DNA of 64,000 nt from the NCBI GenBank assembly GCA_963732445.1, contig CAVSZJ010000003.1, positions 1,143,639 to 1,207,638 of the forward strand, given 5' to 3'. Under the pieces are notes generated by a model. The model worked only from the letters and a program-made list of their open reading frames with translations, did no database searches and was not told where the DNA came from. Shown here piece by piece: positions 50,374 through 59,746 of the stretch. Each line of letters starts with the position of its first letter. Positions within the stretch are counted from its first letter, which is position 1. The translations under genes and the position numbers were made by a program. Origin of the DNA: Vicinamibacterales bacterium (lineage in GTDB: Bacteria > Acidobacteriota > Vicinamibacteria > Vicinamibacterales > JAMQPK01).

Positions 50374-51125
50374 CTAGAATCCGACGAAGGTATACAGCGC
50401 GGCGCCGGCGATGCCGCCGACGATCGGCGCGACGACCGGGATCCACGCGTACGACCAGTCCGATGGTCCTTTGCCGGGAATGGGAAGAAGCGCGTGCGCG
50501 ATGCGCGGCCCGAGATCGCGCGCGGGGTTTATCGCGTAACCGGTAGGACCGCCGAGCGACAGGCCAATTCCGAGGACCAGAATGCCGACGAGCAGCGGCT
50601 GCAGCGCGCGGCTGAACACCTGAGACAGGTCCACGTCCCCGGCCTGCGCCCATCCTTCGGCGTTGGCGCCGATGGCGAGGACACCGAACAGCAGCATGGC
50701 TGTGGCGATCGCTTCTGTCACGAAGTTCGCGCCGGTGTTGCGAACCGCGGGAGCGGTGCAGAACACGGCCAGCTTCGAGGCCGCGATCTTCCGTAAGGCG
50801 CCAGTGCGGCAGGTACGCCAGCCACGACGAGCACGGCGCCAATGAACGCGCCAATCATCTGCGCCGCGACATACCCGGCCACGTCGCTCCAGGGAAAGCT
50901 GCCGATCGTCGCAAGCGCGATCGTGACCGCCGGGTTCAGGTGCGCGCCGCTGATGCGGCCGACAGAGTAGACCGCGATGGTGACCGCCACGCCCCAACCG
51001 ACTGTAATCACGATCCAGCCGGAGTTCTGCCCCTTCGAGCGCGCGAGCAGGACGTTCGCGACGACGCCGTCTCCGAGCAGGATCAGAATCATCGTGCCAA
51101 CGGCTTCGGCGATGTATGGATTCAT
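50374..51125 (-). pseudogene. glpF: aquaglyceroporin / glycerol uptake facilitator (MIP family); frame changes near 50780-50840
   Basis: Two NPA boxes ([17 protein letters not shown]). The middle helix reads only via a third frame (LAYLPHWR...). Confidence 0.85.
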
Positions 51126-51181
51126 GGCGCCAGAGCCTATCATTATGGGAATATGGCGGGGCTTCACGAGCGGAGGGGAAG

Positions 51182-52394
51182 ATGAGAGTGAACGACAAGT
51201 ACGACGTGATTGTCGTTGGCGCCCGCTGTGCCGGATCGCCCACCGCCATGCTTCTGGCGCGCAAGGGTTACAGAGTTCTCCTTCTCGACCGGGCCACGTT
51301 CCCCAGCGACACGATTTCAACGCACCTGATTCACCCGCCGGGCGTGGCCGCCCTGAAGAAATGGGGTCTCGTCGACAGGCTCGTCTCAACGGGGTGTCCA
51401 CCCATAGAGATATATGCATTCGACATGGGTCCCTTCGTGATCTCAGGGTCGCCCGGCATCGAGGGGAGTCCCGTGTCGTACGGTCCACGACGAACCGTGC
51501 TCGATAAGCTGCTCGTAGATGCCGCGGCGGAGGCAGGCGTCGAGGTTCGTACTGGATTCACGGTCGATGAGGTGCTGTCGGAGGACGGCTCGGTGACCGG
51601 CATCAGGGGACATAGCAAGGGAGGGCCACCTGTCACTGAGCACGCGCGGATGCTGGTCGGCGCCGACGGCTTGCACTCTGTCGTCGCCGCCACCGTTATT
51701 CCAGAGCAGGTACCGCGAGAAGCCTGCGATCGAGGCCAGCTACTACTCTTATTGGAGCGGGCTGCCCATGAACGGTCGATTCGAAGCGTACGACCGCGGC
51801 AGCCGGGGATGGGCGGCGTGGCCCACGAATGACGACTTGACGCTCGTCATCGTCGGCTGGCCGTATGCGGAGTTCGAGGCCAACAAGGCAGATGTCGAGA
51901 GCCACTATCTCAAAGCCTTCGAACGGGCGCCGGCATTCGAGGCGCGCATCCGTGCGGCCAAGCGTGAAGCACGTTTTTTCGGTGCGGCCGTACCGAATTT
52001 TTTCCGCAAGCCGTTCGGTCCAGGCTGGGCCCTGGTCGGCGATGCCGGCTACAACAAGGACTTCATCACGGCCCAGGGTATTACGGATGCCTTTCGAGAC
52101 GCCGAGCTCTGCTCCAATGCCATAGACGAGTCATTCTCCGGTGCTCGCACATTCGATGTCGCTATGCGCGCATACCAAACCACGCGGGACGAGCACGTCC
52201 TTCCCATGTACGAGTTCACGGCTCAATTTGCCGCCTTCGCGCCTCCGACGCCCGAGATGCAGCAGCTCTTCGGAGCCATGCACGGCAATCAGAAAGCAAT
52301 GGACGATTTCGTGCGGGTGTTCGCCGGAGTCACGTCGCCGGCCGAGTTCTTCTCGGATGAGAACGTCAGCCGTATCTTCGCGGCGGCTCGATGA
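51182..52394 (+). pseudogene. FAD-dependent oxidoreductase (monooxygenase / geranylgeranyl-reductase-like); one frame change near 51708
   Basis: GGAGG RBS. Dinucleotide fold YDVIVVGARCAGSPTA...LLLDRA. The junction reads ATVIPEQ | YREKPAIEASYYSYWSGLPMNGRF. WALVGDAGYNKDFITAQG is also present. Confidence 0.75.
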
Positions 52395-53461
52395 GCTGGA
52401 AACTGCCATCCCTGCGGGTTCTGCGCGCTCACGAATTCGGCCGAACGGGCATCCTCGTTTGCGCCGTGCTGGTATGCGCGGCGTGCAACGGAACCGCTCC
52501 TGAACCCATTACGCAACAACCGGCCGCATCGTCAGCCAGCACTTCGCTGCCGTCATGGAATGACGGCCCGGCTCGGGCGGCAATCATCGATTTCGTCACA
52601 TCGGTCACCACGAGCGGCAGCGCCGACTTCGTACCCGTGCTTCAGCGGATTGCAGTCTTCGACAACGACGGAACGTTGTGGTCGGAACAGCCGATGTACT
52701 TCCAGTTCCTGTTCGTGATCGACAGGGTGCGCGCAATGGCTGCCGAACACCCCGAATGGAAAACTCGACAGCCATTCAAGGCCGCGCTCGAAGGCGATAT
52801 GAAAGCGCTGTCTGCAGCAGGGGAGAAAGGCATCGTCGAGATGCTGACGGTTACCCACACCGGCATGACGATCGAAGAGTTCGACGGCATCGTCCGTGAG
52901 TGGATTGCAACAGCGCGCCATCCTACGACGAAGGTGCCGTATACGCAGATGGTCTACCAGCCCATGGTGGAAGTCATGAGGTATCTACGGGAAAATGGCT
53001 TCAAGACTTTCATCGTATCCGGCGGCGGCACGGAATTCATGCGGCCATGGGTCGAGCAGGTTTACGGAATTCCTCCGGAGCAAGTCGTGGGCAGCCGCGG
53101 TAAGTTGAAGTACGATCTGCGAGACGGCAGGCCGTCCGTCTTCAAGCTGGCGGAAGTCGAGCTCATCGACGACGGCCCCGGCAAACCCGTGGGCATTGCG
53201 CAGATGATCGGACGCCGCCCCATCGCAGCGTTCGGCAACTCGGACGGCGACTTCCAGATGCTGGAGTACGTGACGGCGGGCCCCGGCCGGCGTCTCGGGA
53301 TGATCGTGCACCACACCGATGCGGACCGCGAGTGGGCCTACGACCGAGGCTCGCTCGTCGGCAAGCTCGAGCGCGGGCTGGACGAGGCCGCCGCACGCGG
53401 GTGGATCCTCGCTGACATGAAACGGGACTGGAAAGTCGTGCATCCGGTGAATGACAAATGA
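52391..53461 (+). CDS. HAD-superfamily hydrolase/phosphatase, lipoprotein
   Basis: Lipobox VLVCAAC. HAD motif I VFDNDGTLW. Motif III/IV region FGNSDGD. ATGA overlap with the upstream gene. Confidence 0.7.
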   Translation: MSWKLPSLRVLRAHEFGRTGILVCAVLVCAACNGTAPEPITQQPAASSASTSLPSWNDGPARAAIIDFVTSVTTSGSADFVPVLQRIAVFDNDGTLWSEQPMYFQFLFVIDRVRAMAAEHPEWKTRQPFKAALEGDMKALSAAGEKGIVEMLTVTHTGMTIEEFDGIVREWIATARHPTTKVPYTQMVYQPMVEVMRYLRENGFKTFIVSGGGTEFMRPWVEQVYGIPPEQVVGSRGKLKYDLRDGRPSVFKLAEVELIDDGPGKPVGIAQMIGRRPIAAFGNSDGDFQMLEYVTAGPGRRLGMIVHHTDADREWAYDRGSLVGKLERGLDEAAARGWILADMKRDWKVVHPVNDK

Positions 53462-54432
53462 CCATGACCACCGATGAAGAAGGTCAGAGCATGACCGGAC
53501 AACGAGCGCCGTTCCCGGACATGGTGTGGATCCCATCGGCAACGTATCGTATGGGCTCAGATCACCACTATGCCGAGGAGCGGCCCGCGCATAAGGTGTC
53601 GGTGGATGGGTTCTGGATAGACCGCTGCCCGGTGACCAACGAGCGCTTCGCCCGCTTCGCCGAGGCGACGGGTCACGTGACCATGGCGGAGATTCCGCCG
53701 GATCCAGCTCAATATCCAGGCGCACTGCCTCACATGTTGTACGCCGGGTCGCTTGTCTTTGTGCGCCCTGACGGTCCGGTCGATCGCCGCAACATCGGGA
53801 ACTGGTGGGCCTTCATGCAAGGCGCAGACTGGCGGCACCCGCAAGGCCCAGGCACGTCGAACGAAGGACGGGCGCAGCATCCCGTTGTGCACGCGTCATT
53901 CGCCGACGCAGAAGCGTTCGCGACATGGGACGGCAAGGTCTTGCCGACCGAAGCCGAATGGGAGCTGGCGGCGCGTGGCGGGCTCGAGGAGGCCGCCTAT
54001 GCGTGGGGCGACGATCTCCTTCACGACGGCCGTCACATGGCGAATACCTGGCAGGGGGAGTTTCCGTGGCAGAGCCTTTCCGAGGACGGCTACGAGGGGA
54101 CGTCACCAGTCGATGCGTTTCCTGCAAACGGCTACGGGCTGCACGACATGATCGGCAACGTCTGGGAGTGGACAACGGATTGGTACGTGGCCAGTCATCC
54201 GAATGAGGTCGTCAAAGCCTGTTGCACTCCTCACAACCCGCGCGGACCACTGCCGGGTGACAGCTACGACCCGAGGCTGCCTGAGATCCTCATCCCGAGA
54301 AAAGTCATCAAGGGCGGCTCTCACTTGTGCGCGCCTAACTACTGCCGCCGGTACCGTCCGGCTGCGCGCTTCCCGGAACCGATCGACACCTCGACGAGTC
54401 ATCTCGGGTTCCGCTGCATCGTGCGGCCCTGA
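53458..54432 (+). CDS. formylglycine-generating enzyme (SUMF1/FGE) family protein
   Basis: MVWIPSATYRMGS, FWIDRCPVTNERFARF, NVWEWTTDW and GGSHLCAPNYCRRYRPAAR. ATGA overlap with the HAD gene. Confidence 0.85.
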   Translation: MTMTTDEEGQSMTGQRAPFPDMVWIPSATYRMGSDHHYAEERPAHKVSVDGFWIDRCPVTNERFARFAEATGHVTMAEIPPDPAQYPGALPHMLYAGSLVFVRPDGPVDRRNIGNWWAFMQGADWRHPQGPGTSNEGRAQHPVVHASFADAEAFATWDGKVLPTEAEWELAARGGLEEAAYAWGDDLLHDGRHMANTWQGEFPWQSLSEDGYEGTSPVDAFPANGYGLHDMIGNVWEWTTDWYVASHPNEVVKACCTPHNPRGPLPGDSYDPRLPEILIPRKVIKGGSHLCAPNYCRRYRPAARFPEPIDTSTSHLGFRCIVRP

Positions 54433-54453
54433 ACGGGCGGGCGCACTTTCGAA

Positions 54454-56263
54454 TCAAATCGCCACGGCGGCCTCGCGTGCGGGGATCCGGGGGATCTCGG
54501 TGAGACCGCCCAGGTACGTCCGTGTCTCGGCGAGCGTCGAGGCCACCAGCGAGGCGCCGGCTTCGCGCAACAACTGCGTGCTGTCGTCGGCGAGGGCGGG
54601 CGGTCCCCATCGCCCCACGACAATCCGCACGTCGGGCAGCGCGGCGTGAAGCCTCTTCACCAGATAGCGCGTCTTCGACAGCGGACTGGGCGGCAGATCG
54701 GCGAGGCATACGATCGAGACCCCTTGCGCCTGGACGAGCGACACGAGCTCCGAGGCTTGCATACGCATGGTGGTGATTTCGACGACGATGGACAAATCCA
54801 CGACGAGATTGGCGAGCATCGTGAGTGCGAGCTCATCTGCGGCGCCATTGATGGCCAGGCCCAGCACGCGGAAGGGCTCGCGGGGTGCGGAAGGGGAGTC
54901 ATCCGTTGAAGCCGCGGGCTCCGGATCCATCCGGCGAATCGAATCCGCCGCGTCCGACAACAGCTCTCGCGTCGCGTCGACGACCGCCGCTTCTTCTTCC
55001 AGCGAGAGTCGCTGTTCCAGCCTGTCGCGTTCGGCGTAGTTGAGCGCCGGCAGCAGCAGCGCGTCGTAGACCGAACGCGGGGGTCTGGGTCTTGATGTGT
55101 CGTTCGATGAGGTCGGCTGCCTCGCTCTGGTCGCGGGCCAGCAACCGCTGATAGTAGCCATATTCCGGCGCCAGGGCTGGCGCATCGGCCATCAACGTCC
55201 CGACGAATTCGAGACCCGGCACGTGCTTGCCGAGCACGACGAGGCACACCGTCAGCGGCGTCCCCATGAGCAGGCCGAGCGGTCCCCATAACCACGTCCA
55301 GAAGGCCAGCGACACGAGCAGTGCCACCTGGGAGACTCCCGCCGCTCCGGCATACAGCACGGTCTCGAGCACGAGGTTCGTGAAAAGCTCCAGCACGATA
55401 AACAAACCCATCACCCAGAGCGGACCGGCCCACCCATCGAGTGCTGCCAGGCTCACAAGGATCGGCGCGCCTGCGCCGAGGACAGGTCCGACATACGGAA
55501 TGAACCGCAGCACCGCGCCAAGCGATGCCCAGAGCAGTGCGTACGGAACGCCGAGGAAGTAGAGACCGAGCCCGGCGGCGATGCCGTACAGCACGTTGAC
55601 CAGCGACTGCATGAGCAATTGCCGGCTGACGCGGGAGCCGGCTTCGTCGAACGCCTTGGTCGTCACAGTCAGCTGCCCCTGTCCGAACAACCCGATCAGC
55701 CGGTCGCGCAGATCCCGCCGTTCGAGGAGCATGAAGATCACCATCGCCACGACGAGCGCCGCGGTTCCCAACGGGCCTACCACCGGTCCTAACCACGACA
55801 GGGCGGAGGAATCCGCGGCAGGCGCTGACGCGATCACGACGTTGCGCGCGGCAGCTCCACCGGCCGGCTTCTCCGTCTGTCCGATGTTGGTTTTGATGTC
55901 TTCGATCGTCTCCTGCAGCTTCTCGACAGAGCCTCCCTTGCCCGCTACTCGCACGTCGGCGATCTTCGACAGGATGTTGACGCGATAGGCAGGGAGGTCG
56001 CCGGCAAGGTTGTCCAACTGCCGCGCGAGGCCCCATCCGGCGAGACCGAGGATCGTGAAGACCAGCGTAACCGCGGCGAGAACCGCCGGCACCCGGCCGA
56101 TCCAACGTTCCAGCCAGCTGACAGGGGGAGTCAGCACGAAGGTAATCAGGATTGCGAGCGCGATGGGTACGAGGACGGCCTGCGCCCAGGACAGCACGGC
56201 GATGACGAGCACGCACCCGGCGAACGTCAGCCACGGTTTGAACGTGTGCGAGGGGATCTCCAT
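54454..56263 (-). pseudogene. AI-2E (PerM) family transporter fused to a C-terminal B12-binding-like (Rossmann-like) domain; one frame change near 55085
   Basis: The AI-2E core has 8 TM helices (LLWASLGAVLRFIPYVGPVLGA). The tail reads RVLGLAINGAADELALTMLANL...GVSIVCLADLPPSPLSKTRYLVKRLHAALPDVRIVVGRWG. The junction reads DLIERHIKTQ | PPRSVYDALLLPALNYAERD. Confidence 0.7.
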
Positions 56264-56358
56264 AGAGCTCGGTACTTCGACTGTACCTGCAGTGCGCGAG
56301 CGACAAAGTTCACAATTGAACAGACTCCGGCGGACCGGGCGGCTGAGGATCATGTCTC

Positions 56359-57257
56359 ATGCGCGCGCCGGCGATTCTGCCTGTCTTCGGGTCCGCGATC
56401 AGGGCTTGGTGGGACGATGATGCGACTGCGCCTCGGCGCGTCGCTCGCCTACTACACCCTGTTTGCGATCGCGCCGGTCCTGCTCGTGGCCATCGCCATC
56501 GCGGGTATGGTGTTCGGCGCCGAGGCCGTCCGCGGGGAAATCGTGGGCCAGCTCGATCAGCTCATCGGCCGCGAAGGCGCGCGCGCGGTGCAGGGCCTTC
56601 TCGAGGCAGCCAGCCAGCGGCGGACGGGCATACTCGCCACCGTTCTCGGCGGCCTCACGTTCGTCATCGCGGCGACCGGCGCGTTCCTCGAGCTCCAGTG
56701 CGCCCTCAATACGATCTGGCGGGTGAAGCCCAAATCGGGCGCCAACGTCCGCGTATTCCTTCTCGATCGCCTGCGTTCGTTCGGCCTCGTCGTCGCGATC
56801 GGCTTTCTGCTGATGGTCTCCCTCGCGGTGACCGCGGCGCCTCGCCGCGCTGAACGGGTGGCTCGCTCGCTTGTCGCCCAGCGTCCCGCTGGTGTGGAGC
56901 GTCGTCAACGTGCTCGTATCGGTCGTGGTCGCCACGGCACTCTTTGCGCTGCTCTTCCGCTTCCTGCCCGACGTGCGTCTTCACTGGCGCGACGTCACGA
57001 CGGGCGCCTTCGTGACCGCGGTGCTCTTCACGATCGGTCAACAGTTGATTGGCCTGTATCTCGGCCAGAGCGGCGTGGCCTCGAGTTACGGCGCCGCCGG
57101 ATCGCTGATGATCTTGCTCCTCTGGGTGTACTACTCGTGCCAGATCCTTCTGCTCGGCGCCGAGTTCACCCGCGTGTACGCGCAACGGACGGGCAGAAGA
57201 CCACAGCCGGAGTCATTCGCCGAGAAGGATCCGGCCGCGATTGGAAAGGCTGTATGA
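56359..57257 (+). pseudogene. YihY/BrkB family membrane protein; frame changes near 56420 and 56843
   Basis: IRAWWDDD | LGASLAYYTLFAIAPVLLV ... LAALNGWLARLSPSVPLVW ... GAAGSLMILLLWVYYSCQILLLGAEFT. Confidence 0.75.
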
Positions 57258-59505
57258 CAGTCGGCTAGAATCCGCGCCAGTGACACGGCTCTTCGCGCTC
57301 GCGATTTTTTTCTCGGCGACGCTGCTCTTCATGGTGCAGCCGCTCGCCGGAAAGATTCTGCTTCCGGTCCTCGGCGGCAGCCCGGCGGTGTGGAGCACCT
57401 GCATGGTCTTCTTCCAGGCCGTGCTGCTGCTCGGATATCTCTACGCGCATGCGTTGAGCACGCGCGTGCCGCCGCGGTGGCAGCGGCCCGTTCACATAGG
57501 TGTGCTGATCGCTGCGAGCGTCACGCTGCTGTTGCCGATCTGAGATCGGAGAGCCCGGCGGTGCCGAGTCCACGGCTGTGGCTGCTGCGGCGCGCTGGCG
57601 CGGCAGCGTCGGTCTGCCGTTCTTCGCGCTCTCGGCCACGGCTCCGCTCCTGCAGCAGTGGTTCTCGCGCACCGAACGATCCCAAGGCCAAAGACCCGTA
57701 CTTTCTGTACGCCGCGAGCAACGCAGGAAGCCTGCTCGGACTGCTCGGATATCTGCTCGTAGAACCGGTCGCCACGCGGAGCGTTCAGGTAAGCGGCTGG
57801 TCGGTGGCGTTTTGGGTTGTCGCCGCGCTGATCGCCGCGTGCGCGTACGTGGGGCGGCGTGGGGCGACGTGGGGATCGCGTAGGGCGCGTGGGTGAACGA
57901 GAACCGGAACCGGAACTGGAACCGGAACCCGAACCGGAACCCGCGTCCTCATGGATCGTGCTGTCACTCGTTCCGTCCGCGCTGCTGCTCGGCGTGACGC
58001 AGCATCTCGCGACCGACGTCGTGTCGGCGCCGTTGCTCTGGGTCGTTCCGCTGGCGCTGTACCTGATGCACGTTTATCGCTGCGTTCTCGACTCAAGAGG
58101 ATTCGGGAGCGCGCGGTGGTGGGGAGCGGTTGCTCCCGGGTCGTGCTGCTCGTCCTGCTGCTCTCGCTCGCCGAGTGCGCTATCCGATCCTGCCCATCAG
58201 CGTTCGCGCATCTCGCAGCGTTCACGGTTCTGGCGATGCTGTGCCACACGCGCCTGGCCGAAACCCGTCCGGATCCCTCGCACCTCACCGAATACTTCGT
58301 GTGCGTCTCGCTCGGCGGCGTGCTGGGCGGCGCGGCAGTCGCGCTCGTCGCGCCCGCTGTGTTCTCGTCGATTCTCGAGTACCCCCTCGCGATCGCCGCG
58401 GCGATTCTTCTTCGGCCTCAGACCGTCGAGGCCGATCGCATGGCGAAATCGCACGTCGGGCGCTGGGTCTGGCGTGCCGTCGCGGCAGTGTTGTTCGTCG
58501 CCGCGATACTGGGGCGTCTCGGCATTCAACGAGAGCGCGGACGTCGCGGTCACGCAGCGTCTGGTGCGGATGTCGTTTGCGATCCCGGCGCTCCTGCTGC
58601 TGGTCGCACGACGCACGGCGCTGCTGTTTGCCGGCATGGCTGCGGGCTTGCTCGTCGGCGCGGGCGTCGTCAGAACCGGCGGCGACGTGCTGTACCGCGA
58701 GCGCACGTTTTTCGGCGTGCACGAGGTGACGTCCCAGCAGAACGGCGACTGGCACGTGCTCACGCATGGCACGACGACCCACGGTGTGCAGGCGTTTCGC
58801 GGCAAGGTCCGCGTGCTGCCGACTGCGTACTACCATCCAACCGGCCCGCTCGGCGATGTCGTCTTCACGCTCTCGGCCGACGGGCGGTTCCGCGATGTCG
58901 GTGTCGTCGGCCTCGGCGCCGGCGCGCTTGCCGGCTATGCCGGCAACGGTGTGCGCATGGACTTCTTCGAGGTCGACGAAGCGGTCATCCGCATCGCGGA
59001 GAATCCGCAGTACTTCACGTACCTCGTCCGAGGCGCGGGCGCGCCCGGGCACGACGGTGCGGACGCATGGCGATCGATGGACGGCTCGGGCTGCGCGCGC
59101 ATGCCGGAGTCCTCGTACGATCTCATCGTCGTCGATGCGTTCTCGTCGGACGCGATTCCCACGCATCTGATCACGCGCGAGGCCGTCGCGATGTTCTTGT
59201 CGCGGCTCAAGCCGCGCGGCGTGATGGCGTTCCACGTGTCGAGCCGGTTTTTCAATCTCGGTCCGGTGCTCGCGCGCATCGCCGACGATCAGGGTCTCGT
59301 GGCGTACACGCGGAACGATAAGGACGTGCCGCCCGAGCGAGCGGCCGAGGCCATGCGGCCGTCGGTGTGGGTCGTGCTGGCCCGCAACGAAAACGATCTC
59401 GGGCAGTTCGCCGCGTCGGCTCCGCGATGGGTACGGCTGTCCGGCGCGGGCGTCCGTTTGTGGACCGACGACTACACGAACGTCTTGGGCGTGCTCGAAG
59501 ACTGA
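57241..59505 (+). pseudogene. polytopic membrane protein fused to a spermidine-synthase-like methyltransferase-fold domain; at least 4 frame changes and an internal repeat module
   Basis: N-terminal FALAIFFSATLLFMVQPLAGKILLPVLGGSPAVW, DPYFLYAASNAGSLLGLLGYLLVEP and VPSALLLGVTQHLATDV. C-terminal VVGLGAGALAGY and YDLIVVDAFSSDAIPTHLIT. Confidence 0.7.
57849..57952. repeat. composite repeat: G-rich 9-11-mers (57849-57894) followed by GGAACY hexamers (57899-57952)
   Basis: GTGGGGCGGC GTGGGGCGAC GTGGGGATCGC GTAGGGCGC GTGGGTGAAC, then GAACCG GAACCG GAACTG GAACCG GAACCC GAACCG GAACCC. Lies inside the coding region. Confidence 0.85.
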
Positions 59506-59606
59506 CGGATCCAAATGAACGGCGATAAATCCAAATCGCCGGATGCAAATGTGCAAAATCCTTAAAGAATTCATAAGAAAAATCGCGCAAATCGCCCTCT
59601 TGTAAC

Positions 59607-59636
59607 TTGACGGAATCGCGCGCCCTTCACTACACT
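59607..59636 (+). promoter_or_regulatory. putative sigma-70-type promoter (TTGACG - 18 nt - TACACT) for the downstream TonB-dependent receptor
   Basis: Hexamers read directly in the only AT-rich stretch upstream of 59747. The spacer is one nt longer than optimal. Confidence 0.3.
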
Positions 59637-59746
59637 TTTCTTCCGTCTCAACCAAACAGTTGGCTTGGAATCTCGGAAGCGCGCCGCCGCGACTGTGTCA
59701 GTCGCGGCGGGCACGAGACGTGCGCGATATGAACAGCGAGGAAAAG

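Noticed and set aside
54657-56306. 549-aa minus-strand ORF overlapping the AI-2E gene in another frame
   Set aside because: Arg/Pro/Gly-rich with no TM helices or motifs. The AI-2E frame explains the region.
58285-59655. 456-aa minus-strand ORF
   Set aside because: Antisense to the spermidine-synthase-like domain (VVGLGAGALAGY, DLIVVDAFSSD). Shadow ORF.
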